Assembly: GCA_964016885.1 (NCBI GenBank)
Contig: OZ024748.1
Span: 6,138,001-6,202,000 of the forward strand
Length of the DNA: 64,000 bases
Reading direction: 5' to 3'
Source: Eledone cirrhosa
Lineage: Eukaryota
Within the stretch, counting starts at the first letter, position 1; every line of letters starts with the position of its first letter. Under the pieces are notes generated by a model, which made no database searches, had not been told where the DNA came from, and saw nothing but the letters and a program-made list of their open reading frames with translations. The position numbers and the translations under genes are program-made. Positions 1 to 14,173 of this stretch are shown here, piece after piece.

Positions 1-478
1 ACAGATGTTAACTGAATACATAAGAAAGATAAAAGAAAATATATCAAAAGCAACGAAGATAGAATAGAATACATGGATAAATATTGAAATAAACCACATA
101 AAACATGCCACATTGTTATTTGGCAGAGATAAAACATTTCTCACTAGTAGTAACAATATCACTTGACTATAGATAGTTATTACAAAATCGTGTTCTACGT
201 ACTATGCTCGGTGTCACAATAACCATAAATATTCCAAATTAGTTTCTAAACATGGCGGTATATGTAGGAGAGAACAAATCATGTACAATACGGCCATTTT
301 GTTTTTCATCTTGGTATAGTTTTTTTATTTATTTTTTTTTTTTTCGTATTTCTTTCATTATATACGTTGTTTTTTTATGGAATATTTTTTTTATACATAT
401 AACACTATTTATATTCGTGTACTATGTCCGCATGGTTTTCTTGCAAACACACACACACAATTATACCACCGCATAAGC

Positions 479-538
<60 letters not shown>

Positions 539-716
539 AAATATATATATATATATATGTGTGTGTGTATGTATGTATGTATGTATACATCCCTGCCATG
601 GTATATATTCATTTAAAGTTTTAATTAACAATTCCCCAAAGCTTCAAATTGTTCCTTACGTTTTGGTCGTTAATTCGTTACATAAATAATTCTTTGTTTA
701 TAAAAGCGTCTGTATT

Positions 717-748
<32 letters not shown>

Positions 749-815
749 GACACACACACACACACATATATATATATAGACACACACACACACACTCACA
801 CACTCACACACACAC

Positions 816-862
<47 letters not shown>

Positions 863-969
863 CACACATATATATATATATTTACACATACATACATATA
901 TTCTTCCCATGCAGAGAGTGATACTCTGATTTGTATTCTTCCCGGTCTCGACACTGCAGAGTTTGAATA

Positions 970-1042
<73 letters not shown>

Positions 1043-1407
1043 ATGTGTGTATGTTTGTTCGTGTTTGTGTGCGTACGTGTGTGTGTACCTGCGTGTCTGT
1101 GTGTGTGTGTCTTAGTATATATATTCTGTCTGGAGATACTGGTGACTCTGTGTCTACAATTGTGGGATATTTAATCCTTATTCTTTAAAATATACCCTTA
1201 TTCCCTTAACTTTAACTTAGTTCATTTAACGTAGGACTATATATTTAATATTTCTCTGTAAGATGACTCCCATGGCGGTTTATATAATGGTTATACCACA
1301 TGTTCGATTAACTGATCTAGCTACACATTGAATTGTTGTATCAATTGCTGTATAATTTGAATGTACTTAACGTAATTCTCAAGCAGAAGCAGTGTTATAG
1401 TCTATAA

Positions 1408-1594
1408 AAGTGGGTTTCGAAAGTGAGTCCCGCAGAACCTAGGGGTTCCGTAAAGGAGTGTCTCGTATTCTGTGGAAAAAGGTAGAGGATTATATTTATA
1501 TTATGACCATAAAACAGTATTAGATTTTGGGGTTACCCCAAAGGTTTCTGAAACAAAAAGGGTTCCGCGTTTGAAAAAGTTTGGGAAACCTTGG
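1408..1594. mobile_element. Degenerate hAT/Charlie-type MITE
   Basis: Ends AAGTGGGTTTCGAAAGTG ... AAAAAGTTTGGGAAACCTTG resemble CAGTGGTTCCCAAA-type TIRs. Internal GGGGTTCCG/GGGTTCCGCG subterminal repeats. Confidence 0.45.
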
Positions 1595-1994
1595 CCTATA
1601 ACAAGTCTAACTCTATGAATTATACATATCATTTAACCAACAGGTTTCCGTACAATTCCTATTAAGATGATTTGGGTTGATACGGAGATAGAGTAAGGAC
1701 CTTTTGCCAAAGATATAACACAGTGGACATCATGTTGTTCATGATGAAATGTCCATAGCTAAAAAGGGGAGATGTGTCAGAATATATTCACACACAATAC
1801 TATGGTCGAGCGAAGGACATGATAGGGAATAATAGCCAAGTGTGGTGTAAAATGGAATCGAACTCAATAGTATACAGTTAAAAAGACAATCTCTTAACTC
1901 CACTTTTAGGCTTACAGAGAAGTTGATCATACATTTATTTGATTCGTTTTCCCTGCTTTCTCTCTTTTCGTCTTCCTCCAATATCTCTCTACCT

Positions 1995-2120
<126 letters not shown>

Positions 2121-2149
2121 TATATGTATACATATATATATATGTATAA

Positions 2150-2251
<102 letters not shown>

Positions 2252-2255
2252 ACAT

Positions 2256-2287
<32 letters not shown>

Positions 2288-2434
2288 TGTTCTCTCTCGG
2301 TCGGCTTTCCTTCCTCTGTGTGTATCTCATTTCCCACCTCATTCATTTTAACTGACAATCGTTAATGGGTTTTGTCTTTGTAACATTTTACACACATATA
2401 ACACTCACTACACACACACAGACACATCTATGTA

Positions 2435-2474
<40 letters not shown>

Positions 2475-2694
2475 CACAATGACAGACCTAAAGATATAGA
2501 TTCATACATACATAGATGCATACATACATACACAGATACATCCATACATACTTAGATACATACTTAGATACATACATACATACATACATACATACATACA
2601 TACATACATACATACATACATACATACATACATACATTCATACAGAGATACATACGTACATACATACATACTTAGATACTTACATACATACATG

Positions 2695-2895
2695 ATAATG
2701 GCTGCCCCCTCGTTATCGAGTATGGTCATTGCATGATATACCCTTATTAATAACTATTAATTAATTCTATCATGCAATGCCTGTGCATGAAGATATTTTT
2801 TAAAGTGAGGAAAGACTGTGCACTGAACCAATCCCACTCTCTGAACGACAGTAGCTATAACCTGAATAGAAGAAAAGATCAACATCATTGGTAAC
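2695..2895 (-). mobile_element. Short RTE-tail SINE-like element, same family as 5352-5869
   Basis: The reverse complement matches 5540-5660 (AATGTTGA..AGAGAGTGGGA..GCACAGGCATTGC) and the 3' hairpin (CATACTCGATAACGAG..GGCAGCCA). Flanked by (TACA)n. Confidence 0.6.
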
Positions 2896-2964
2896 TACAT
2901 ACATACATACATACATACATACATACATGCATACATACATACATACATACATACATACATACAC

Positions 2965-3708
2965 CTTGAGGGATATCTCTATGCAATACAGGAACAAGAA
3001 CTCCCTACCAAATATCTGCTGCACAAAAGAGGAGGGCCAGCAGCTGACAATAAATGTAGGCTATGTAAAACAAAGATCGAGGATGTAAGCCACATTGTTG
3101 CCAGCTGCGAAAGAATGTCATCTCGCTACTACCTCCCCATGAGACACGATGGGATAGCTAGAACTATCTGGAACGCACTTCGGAAAACAAAATTAACAAC
3201 AAACGAGGAAGAATATATTGAGACAGATGGCACTAAGGAATACTGGTGGAACCTGAAAATAAAAACTGCCACCAAATTAAAGCACAACCGGCCTGATATT
3301 GTAGTTTGGGACCACACATTGAAAACGTGTTCTGTTGTGGAGATCAGCTGCCCACTTGATGTAAACGTTGTCTGAAAAATACAGGAGAAGGAGGACATCT
3401 ACGGACCATTGATGAGGAGCTTACAAATCCAGTATCCAAGATACACCTTTAGCTTCATACCCATCATTATTGGTGCTACGGGTTATATACCAACCCGCTT
3501 GGACCAAAGTATGACCGAACTTGGATTTGCGGCCAAAAAGCGCAGCTCCCTAATTCATAGTCTACAAATGGCTGCGATAGCTGGCACCTTCAAAATATGC
3601 AAAACATTCTTGCGATTCAAGGGATGACAATTTCTTTTCTTTTACAACCTTGCCACCAGGAAGGTGGCCGGTCAAAAAAATATACTCGAAATTAAGAGAA
3701 AGACAAAA
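2965..3708 (+). mobile_element. 5'-truncated RLE-type (R4/Dong-like) non-LTR retrotransposon, C-terminal zinc knuckle plus restriction-like endonuclease, inactivated
   Basis: One frame 2965-3627 reads LEGYLYAIQEQ...CRLCKTKIEDVSHIVASC (CCHC), RHD, NRPDIVVWD..VVEISCP, EKEDIY, IPIIIGATG. Premature TGA at 3373-3375. Short 3' UTR, with (TACA)n on both sides. Confidence 0.85.
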
Positions 3709-4288
3709 CATACATACATACATACATACATACATACATACATACATACATACATACATACATACATACATACATACATACTTAGATACTTACATACGTA
3801 CATACATATATGCATACAATGAGACACATAGAGAAAGAGACAAACAAACATGAAGACAGACAGACAAGAGGAGAGTGAAGATTTCTGGGAGAAGAATGAA
3901 GCACCGTTTGTTGTTACAGGAGAGATATATTGACTCAAACATCTAATACTTACATACGGACTGTCAGACACGAAGTAAATTGATAACAACATACACGCAC
4001 ATACATATATACATATATATACACATATACATATATATACTTATATATGCATACATCTGACACATATACACACGGCCATATATATATATATATATATATA
4101 CATATATAACAACATGAATATAGTTATGTGTATATATGTGAGTGGTCTTTCTCTCGCTCTCTCAATTCTATATTCTTCTCACTTTGAATTTGTATATATA
4201 TATATATACACAGGCATGCATATGTATGAATGTATGTATATATTTAGGTTGCATATATTTATGTATATATTTATGAAATATATATATG

Positions 4289-4351
<63 letters not shown>

Positions 4352-4421
4352 CTATATATACATGAACATATTTATGTAAACTCAAGCGCACATATATATA
4401 TACACGCACACATATATATAT

Positions 4422-4457
<36 letters not shown>

Positions 4458-4519
4458 ACACATACAAACATACATACATACATACATATATACATACACG
4501 TATATATACATACATACAC

Positions 4520-4609
<90 letters not shown>

Positions 4610-5351
4610 ATGTGTGAGCATGAATGATAGAATTACGGAGAAACGGGGTGTTGTAAGGAACTAAGTGAAAAAATAATACAAAAAATATTATCCCGAGACA
4701 AGGAAATAAAAAAAAAATCCAAAGATGAGCTAGACAGGGGCGGAAGACATAAAACAAAAACGAGGCTAAATCATGGAAGCCACTTGTATCAACTTCCGGT
4801 GTTGAGACAAGTTGTGAGCGGAACAGGAGAGTCAGGTCCCCCATATCGGATGAAAGGGGAGAGAAACAGGAAAGAAATATGAGAGGCAGGTAATAACTGT
4901 TGTGAGAATGATAGAAGAGAGAGCGAGAGAAGGGGGGGGGGGGTTAGAGAGAGGGAGATTGTAGAAAGACAGAGAGAAAAAGAGAGGTATATTGGAAGAG
5001 GAGGGAGAAAGAGAGAAGAGAGAAAGAGCAAACGGGAGAAGGGGAGTATTAGATTAGAGAGAGAGAGAGAGTAAGAGGAAGAGAGAGAGAGAATGATGGG
5101 GATGGACACAGGGAGATTGTAGTAAGACAGAGAGAATAAGAGAGGTATATTGGAAGAGGAGTCAGAGAGAGAGAGCAAGCGGGAGAAGGAGAGTATTAGA
5201 TTTGAGACAGAGAGGGAGAGAGAGAGTGAGGTAAACTGGAGAGAGACAGAGATTAAGAGGTACAGATGTGGATTGGAGAGTGACAGAGAGAGAGAAAGAG
5301 AGAGAGCGAGAGAGATGTTTGTATGTATCTATGCATGTATATCTGTATATA

Positions 5352-5869
5352 TCAGAGTTTTCCTTCTCCTAGAATTCTGCCTTGACAAAGGCTAAGGGGT
5401 CATCTCTCCCGGTGATTTTGGATGGCCATTGACTCTTAAGAGCTCCTTTGCCCTTTGACAGGTTTTGTTTTTAGTCCATGAGGCAGGTTGTACTGGGATA
5501 CATGTTACCAGTAGCACCAACTCATGACCTGACATCAATGGTATCCAATAATGTTGACTTGTTCTTCTTTTTGGTAAATATCATCTTGGTTAAGAGAGTG
5601 GGACTGGCTTTGTGCAGTGCCTTTGCTCACTATAAAAGCTTCACGGCACAGGCATTGCTTTATATCTGGAGATCTCTCTGCACTTGTCATCACATGGTAC
5701 CATGGGCACAGCACTATGCGTCAATAATTGTCACAAGTGTAGTGTTTGTACCAGAGTTTTCAAGTCGCTGGCTGGACTAAAAAGTCACACTCGTTCAGCG
5801 CATCGGTAAGGGTTCTCCTACATGGATATAAAGTAGTGGCCGTACTCGAAAACGAGTTGGCAGCCACCA
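5352..5869 (+). mobile_element. Non-autonomous element/SINE with RTE-LINE-like 3' end
   Basis: 5738-5809 encodes CSVCTRVFKSLAGLKSHTRSAHR* (C2H2 finger typical of RTE ORF C-termini), followed by the terminal hairpin GTGGCCGTACTCGAAAACGAGTTGGCAGCCA. The 3' part recurs at 36488-36652. Confidence 0.6.
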
Positions 5870-6455
5870 TATCTGTATATGTGTGTATATCTGTATATGT
5901 GTGTATATATATACACACATATACAGATATACATGCTGTATATATCTATGCATGTATGTATGATGTATATATATGCACGTACGTGTGTAATTATGTATTT
6001 ATGTATGCATATATGTACGAATTTATGATGTATATATATGTATGCATTTATGCATATATGTACGTATATATGTACGTTGTCTAAATGTACTTATGTTTCT
6101 ATGTATGTTTGTATGTAATAAACATATTTAATACATTTAAACCAAACGGGCAGGAGTGAACTATTTCGATCAGTATATGCTTGAAATTTGTGTCTTCATT
6201 CGTTATATGATAGTAACTTAAATAGTGGTTTTCTTAGACTTTTGAATCGTTCTAATTTATAATGCATATCACTGTATATGCATTCAAACACACAGGCGGA
6301 CGAAATTGTTCACCTAGTGGGTGGCTGATGAGTAAGGTAGATAGTTTTGTACATTCGTCCTACAGTGAATAAGGTATTCAACACATTAGCAGAATGCAAA
6401 CATCAATATTTGATATAGAATTACTGATGGTTACATACACACGCACAAACACGCA

Positions 6456-6528
<73 letters not shown>

Positions 6529-6571
6529 TATATATATAAATATATTCCTATATACACTTATATATGCGCGC

Positions 6572-6602
<31 letters not shown>

Positions 6603-7133
6603 GTGTGTGTGCATGCATACGTGTGTGTGTGTTTGTGAATCATAAAAGATGACAGTTACTTATAAGTTTCTTCCTGCAGGATTGTAAAGGGGCCAGTAAC
6701 ATGATTAATTAGCTTTCTTACTTCAGCCAATGTATCAACCTAAGAAGATTGTGTCGGTAACTATCAAAGAAATCCAGGCGAGTCTATGTGATAGCTGACT
6801 GCCTTGTTGTCAGGCTAGCTCTCTCTACAGTGTAGGATTTCATTACGGATCTTGTCATCTGCTTCACTTCCTCCTTCACTTCTGTCTTCATATTTGTTGT
6901 AGTTTCATGTTAGATATATTTCTAAGTACATCCAGCACTTGACTTTCAGATAATCCTATGACAGAATACGTTTATCCTCATTTAGATGGAATTACTCCCC
7001 TCCTTTCTTATGCCACTTTATTTTATTTTACATTTATCTTTACATTTTCATATATATATATATATATGTGGATATATATATATATTATATATATGTTTAT
7101 ACATGGATATATATATATGTATATATACATATT

Positions 7134-7230
<97 letters not shown>

Positions 7231-7368
7231 CACTCACAAAAACTATGGGGCCATTTAAGAATACATTTAACTTTCAAAGCAAACCCTATCCTCCTATTTC
7301 CCTGGAAGACGAACAAATCTAGAGATAAATATTAAATAGAAACCTTGGGTACTCGAGAATATATATGA

Positions 7369-7435
<67 letters not shown>

Positions 7436-8128
7436 TGTGTGTATACATGATGTCTCCAAACCAGCCTTACTATTAATCTGTAGTGTAGCGTTATATATAT
7501 GTTATTTTAGGTCTGTGAATAAAGTTGAACATATTTTTTCTTAGGGCGAACGAACCCCTTCTATATGTACGATTCAGTGGGGGATATAGTAAGTCTGAAT
7601 TTTCTTTTGGATTTTTATGATCATAGATAATGATATAAATATGGCGCTCAGCCAATATATTTATCTTTCTTCAAATATATATTTATCTGCAATGACCTTA
7701 GCTTCTCTATTGATGTTGATAACTTAATTTGTAGTGAGTAAAAGACCATGTAACCTTTTGTTAATTTTCATATAGCTTTATAACTTTCTTACTATCCACA
7801 AAATCCTGAAGTGTTACCCATTAACACTTTTAGAGATATTTCACGATTTGGATCTTAGATGAAAACAAATGCTAGAAGATTTTTTTTAATAAATTAAATA
7901 CTAAGGTTTTCAATGATATGATAAAATAAATCATGTAAGAGCTAACTACCAAAGTATATTAGCATCAATACAAAAGGTAAGGACAGAGCAGGTAAGCTTA
8001 AACTTGATCATAGATTAGAGGTATTATCTAAGTATCTGTTGTATATATTTATCATAGGTTATATGCATAAATTGAATCCAGACTGAAATGAATAATTATA
8101 AACTTGCTAAATCGCCGTCTGTTTTGAC

Positions 8129-8210
<82 letters not shown>

Positions 8211-8361
8211 TATATATATAAATATATACGTTACAATGGTTCTAACACATTGGAGTACATCTACCAGTCAAAGACATCTTAACTCGCAGAAAATGGGAGT
8301 CCGTTGTATATTAAAGAAAAAAAAGATATCAAGCGACTGACTGGACGTGGCACTGGGTCCC

Positions 8362-8450
<89 letters not shown>

Positions 8451-8509
8451 TACTCTCTCTCTCTCTCTCTCTCTCTTACTCTCTCTCTCTCTCTCTCTAT
8501 CTTTGTCTC

Positions 8510-8566
<57 letters not shown>

Positions 8567-8580
8567 CTGTATATATGTGT

Positions 8581-8640
<60 letters not shown>

Positions 8641-8961
8641 GTAGGATATATATGGTATGGATGGTCTGAAAGTAGTATAAATGTTCCCTTCTAACCCCTA
8701 ATTAAGTTAAGAGGTAGGGTTTCGGCTAACTTCTTTCATCTGCTCTCTACATGTATAGTGAGTGATAAGTTGAAAGTCAAATCTGGCTGAGATCCCATAA
8801 TTCTTTCAGGCTATTTATTACAAATCAGCGAACAGATGAACATACAGATATATACGCCCATATATCATATACATATATACAAGCAAACAAATATACATAC
8901 ATAAATCCATCCACCCATACTTCCATCCATCCATACATATATATGAATTATATATATATAT

Positions 8962-9012
<51 letters not shown>

Positions 9013-9017
<5 letters not shown>

Positions 9018-9243
9018 TAAAATAACAGATTAAAGTTTAAGCAAAGAATCGCTGCTTTCACCTTAACGGGATCTTCTGAAACTCGTTTCAGAAGATCCCG
9101 TTAAGGGTGAAAGCAGCGATTCTTTGCCTTAAACTTTAATCTGATATTTTAATAAATATTTGCTCTACGGTTCTTATACATTTGATATATATTATCCTTA
9201 TCGGAACCCTCTTTGGATTTTGGTCTTCAAATTTATTATTATT
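9013..9243. mobile_element. Fold-back element family B (palindrome ~9013-9156 plus tail) with hammerhead-like core on both strands
   Basis: Inverted arms meet at TGAAAC-TC-GTTTCA (9083-9084). Sequence shared with 44768-44900, 45885-45960/46193-46262 and 53985-54080. Inserted in (TA)n. Confidence 0.75.
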
Positions 9244-9269
9244 ACTATATTATATATATATAATATATA

Positions 9270-9313
<44 letters not shown>

Positions 9314-10311
9314 TATATATATATTCTAATGTACTACAGGTCGGTGGCAAGAGCTCAAAACCTGCGCTCTACTTTCTTATGTATCGAGTACTAAGCTAAA
9401 TAATGGGTTTACTATTCTGAATTAATAGTCTGTGGAAATACACCCCCAGTATTATACATTCTTTCAAGGGAAGTAATTACATGAAGAAAAGCATACCTTT
9501 CTTGTTGCACTCTTTAGAAATTAAATGGAAGGGAAAGCTAACCCATTAAAGGGAAACAACTCGATGAGGGATGTGACCTTCCTTTTTCCTGATGTTTATA
9601 CAATTCAGACTAGAATTTTAAGATTTGAATTTCCCCAAACAATCCTGAATATTAATTATATGGTCAGGACGGGTATTACTTTCACATATATATATATTAG
9701 GGGTAAATTTCCCATTCCCGATCCAGTATGTCAAAGTTAATTATTTTTAATCAAATTCGACCAATGTTTTTATTTAAAATTATCTGTATTCACAAATTAA
9801 TTCTTTCTACTCCCTTATTCAAAATATTAACCAAGATTAACTGATATCTCCTTCAAAACTCGATACATACGACATATTGACGCATTCAGTTATGAGAAAA
9901 ATAATAATTCCACTTCCTTATCAAAATACATTTGGTACGTAAAAGAGAGATAGAAAGAAATCTGGCATGAAGTTGGCATATTATAGCAACGGTGAAATCA
10001 GACAACAATTCAGGCATTCAGTGCAAGCTAATTGTGAATTTCAAAATGTTACTTCTTCATATATATATTTCTTCTAACTTTCAATTTTGTACCTAATTAT
10101 GTATGGTTAACTATATGTCTATTAGGAATACTAGGTACATTTTCTGTAGCTGTAAATCGCGGATAAGAATCTATATCATTTATCTATTGTTTCTTCATAA
10201 GTATATTTTAAACCTCTAGCCTCGTTTAAATGATTTTTTTTGTATGGGTTGATTTATGCTGATTGGGAGAGGAAATACTGTATATATTTTATCTAATGAT
10301 TCTATGAACTT

Positions 10312-10352
<41 letters not shown>

Positions 10353-10356
10353 ATAT

Positions 10357-10689
10357 AATTGTTTCTACTTTAGGCACAAGGCCAGCAATTACTCAGTGCA
10401 TTACTGGATTTAAACTCAGATCGTAAAGGGACGTAACTGTGCTGGAAAGCATGCCGTCCCACCCTCTACCGATACTGCCAATCCATCGCCTGTATATATA
10501 ATATAATTGTTTCTACGTTTGGCACAAGGCCAGCAATACCCAGTGTATTACTGGTACTTTATTTTATCGACCCCGTAAGGATGAAAGGCAAAGTTAACCT
10601 CGGCAGGATTTGAAATCAGAATGGCAAGGGCCGTAACTCCATGCGTCAAAGCATGGCGTCCGACCCTCTACCGATACTGCCAATTCACC
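10357..10689 (-). mobile_element. Two tandem copies of the abundant tRNA-derived SINE (10357-10490 internally deleted; 10506-10689)
   Basis: A-box TGGCAGTATCGG, B-box-like GA(G/T)TT(T/C)AAATCC, central GCCTTTCATCCTTACGGGGTCGATAAAATAAAGTACCAGT, 3' GGCCTTGTGCC..GAAACAATT. Confidence 0.85.
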
Positions 10690-10874
10690 TGTATATATAA
10701 TATAATATAATAATTCAACAGCATTATTATTATTAGTAGTATAATTGGTGTTATTGTTTTCCGTTCTTCACGTTGACAATCAGAATGACCACATGTTTGC
10801 TGCTACTGGTGCTGTCACTGCTGCTGCTGCTGCTTCTACTGTTGAGATGTTGTTACTTTTGTTACTGCTGCTAC

Positions 10875-10912
<38 letters not shown>

Positions 10913-11072
10913 GTGAAGAGGAGCAGAAAGAGGATGTTGATGATGATAAAGACACTTCTGACATTGCTGATGATGCGCTGAGGTATTGCTTTTAGATTGA
11001 AACTTACAAAACAAAGGAATCTAAAATTAAAACTGGTAGGAAAATGATGAAACATTTAAGTTAATATATAAG

Positions 11073-11105
<33 letters not shown>

Positions 11106-11117
11106 CACACACATATA

Positions 11118-11195
<78 letters not shown>

Positions 11196-11235
11196 GTATG
11201 TATATATACATTCATATATATACACATATATATAC

Positions 11236-11270
<35 letters not shown>

Positions 11271-11473
11271 GACAACACACACACACATGTATATATATAT
11301 ATATATATGTGTATATATACATTCATATATATATATACACTTATATATATACATATATATACATATATATATACATGTATATACTGAAGCATGATGAATA
11401 ATAATATTTTCAATAATAATAACCATAATAATGACATTAATTAGAAGATAGGACAAGCAATGTTTATTCGTAC

Positions 11474-12066
11474 CATATTGACTTCTCATCCACGGATAAA
11501 TTGGTAAATTTGTACTTGATGTGTCTGTACTGTTGGACTTCCATCACTGCTGTTTATACCCGTTGTGTTAGCCGCTGGTGAAACCGGACTCGGTGTGTTT
11601 GGGATGAGATGATAAGTTGTGTTTGTCTGTCTGTGGGTCACAGAAACTGGTTTCCTGTGCTTGCTGTTGAGTACAGCTAGTGAACTGAGGAATGTCAGGA
11701 TGCTCTCCAACGGAGCCTGTATAATCTCGAGTACAAGGGTGATGGATCGGTGAAGAATTCGTCGCTTCGACGGCCACTTGTGTCTGTTGGCTGTGTCGTA
11801 AGTAAGCTGCGGTGTCCTGCGAGGTTTGGGTGGTTAGTGGTCTAACGTCGATTCGGTTGTAAGGAGGGAAACGAGGATATTGCGGCGGCGGCGGCGGCAG
11901 CGGCTGCCACGTTGTGACTGTTCAGAGATGATGTGTAATTATAGTCTGTGATTTGTCTGGCTGAGTGGTAAGCACTACCGTTTTGTGTCGGATGCCCACC
12001 ACCGAAAGACCCCATTCCTGTTGGCTGCAGGGCAGGGAGGTAAGAGTTTGGCAAATAAGTACTCAT
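11474..12066 (-). CDS. Antp: Central Hox gene (Antennapedia-like), first coding exon; reading frame disrupted as assembled; homeobox exon lies outside the window (intron >11.4 kb)
   Basis: ATG at 12066 gives MSTYLPNSY (Hox MSSYF-NS-type N-terminus). YPRFPPYNR at 11879-11853 matches the Antp-class YPRFPPYDR motif. [12 protein letters not shown] hexapeptide ends at a phase-1 donor G|GTACGA (11474/11473). These motifs sit in different frames (see findings). Confidence 0.88.
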
Positions 12067-12455
12067 TTCTAAATGTTGGCGAACAATGGTGCCAATTTTT
12101 TAATATTGATTTATATATTTATGAAAATATATAAATCACTAGAAATATAATAATATTACTAACACTATCAATAGTAATAATATCTTTCGATATTTTATTT
12201 CTTGCAATCGTTGCCAGAGTAAAAACTAAAATGAATTATTTCTCAGAATATAATAAATTCAAGAATTTCAAACATTTTAAAAGTTTTATTTATGTATTTT
12301 CTATATTTAGAAAGTATATCTTCGTCTATATTTACCTCTATAAATATATATATTTCTATATTATTTCATATTTCATTTTGTTTTGTTTGTTGTGGGGTGA
12401 TGTTTTGTTGTGATTTATACATAACTTATTTAATTACTTTATATATATATATATT

Positions 12456-12493
<38 letters not shown>

Positions 12494-12843
12494 TTAAATA
12501 GATTTTTCGTCAATATGTATTGTGGCGAAAATGCGAGAGGAAACAGAATAAAATTTTCTTTCTTGGTGTAAGTTTGCAAAATGGCAGAAAATAAGAAAAT
12601 ATAATCTTTTCAGAAAAGTATAACATCCAGCCTGTTTTTTTTTTTTTTCTTCTTGTTTGTAAAACTTTTCCTTGTGATTCTTACAAGCACTTTGACTGTC
12701 TGCTTGGCTGAATGCCTGCAAACTAATCGAAGATTCAAAAAAAAAAAAAAAGGACCAAACCAAAAGTTTGATTGTCACGTGGTAGTGCCAGGAAATTTCT
12801 CAGCACAGAATGCTTCTTACCGGAACGGTCTCATTTCGGCACA

Positions 12844-12876
12844 CTGCAAAACTGAAAGAAGAGGGAAAATAAAATT
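12844..12876 (-). promoter_or_regulatory. Candidate splice acceptor (polypyrimidine tract + CAG) opening the Antp coding exon, giving ~785 nt of 5' UTR
   Basis: Minus strand CTAATTTTATTTTCCCTCTTCTTTCAG|TTTTGCAG, with AG ending at 12852 and an alternative at 12844. GTCACGTG E-box at about 12775-12782. Confidence 0.45.
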
Positions 12877-13020
12877 AGAACTGTAAATATATATATATAT
12901 ATTTGATTAAGGAATGTTTATATAATAGACAATACTAATATGATTATGAGTGTATGTATGTATGTGCATACAGACGGGCGTTCACACACACAATCTCATG
13001 TACATATATATATATATATA

Positions 13021-13091
<71 letters not shown>

Positions 13092-13092
13092 G

Positions 13093-13142
<50 letters not shown>

Positions 13143-13214
13143 GGGGGGGGGGGGATAACTAGATCAGGAAGTATTTTACAAGTTTTAAACTAATAAGAGC
13201 ATTTTCAGCACGCG

Positions 13215-13284
<70 letters not shown>

Positions 13285-13341
13285 GGGAGTGTGAGGAGTG
13301 TGTGTATGTTTGTATATGTGTGGAGGTGTGACTATTCTAGT

Positions 13342-13387
<46 letters not shown>

Positions 13388-13994
13388 AGAAAATGTGGAG
13401 AAGGATCACCAATGACTGCACCATTGACTGTAGAGAAATAGTGTATAATTTTAGGTATCAATTTTAAGACACTAAAGAGATTAAGAGATGCCATGTTTTT
13501 CGGTTTATTTGCTTGTTTGTTTTTTTAATCAGTGAACTTTAAAGCAAACAAACATTCATTGGATATCTAGATAAGATATAGGTCTATGGATCATTGGATA
13601 ACTGCTTGTCTTTCTGGAACATTGGCTATCACAAGGGATTGCCATAATGGTACCATTTGAATATATTGTTTTCGTGTAATTTATGAACGACTGTGTCGGC
13701 TTGCTGGAGCCCATCCCTCTCAAAAAGTTCTGCATGATGGAGAGAATTTGAAATCAACAGATTAGTCTATTAATATACGTTTCTATAAACGGTATTTTCT
13801 AATATATTCTGATATTTTCGAAATATTTCTCTATTAAAATAATTTGTTGTTCTTAATGTTTACTCAATACGTGAGCTTTGTTTGAACAGAACTCTGAATA
13901 GATGAAATTATCAGCTAAAACTTATAAAATCACAAAACGCAGTCTTAAACCCGAGAAGTATATACGACATATTGGCACAGCATTATATTATCTT

Positions 13995-14173
13995 TGGCAG
14001 TATCGGGAGAGGGTCGGACGCCATGCTTTGGAACAAAGAGTTACGGCCCTTTATGGTCTGCGTTCAAATTCCGCCGAGGTTAACTTTGCCTTTCATCCTT
14101 ACGGGTTCGATAAAATAAAGTACCAGTAATGCACTGGATAATTGCTGGCCTTGTGCCAAAAGTAGAAACAATT
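13995..14173 (+). mobile_element. tRNA-derived SINE
   Basis: TGGCAGTATCGG A-box, GCGTTCAAATTCC B-box, conserved central and 3' segments as in the other copies. Confidence 0.85.

Noticed and set aside
11530-11589. 60-nt GT..AG mini-intron that would remove both in-frame stops in Antp
   Set aside because: Weak donor (GTCCGG) and no polypyrimidine tract. It would delete Hox-like sequence in the alternative frame and does not fix the first frameshift.
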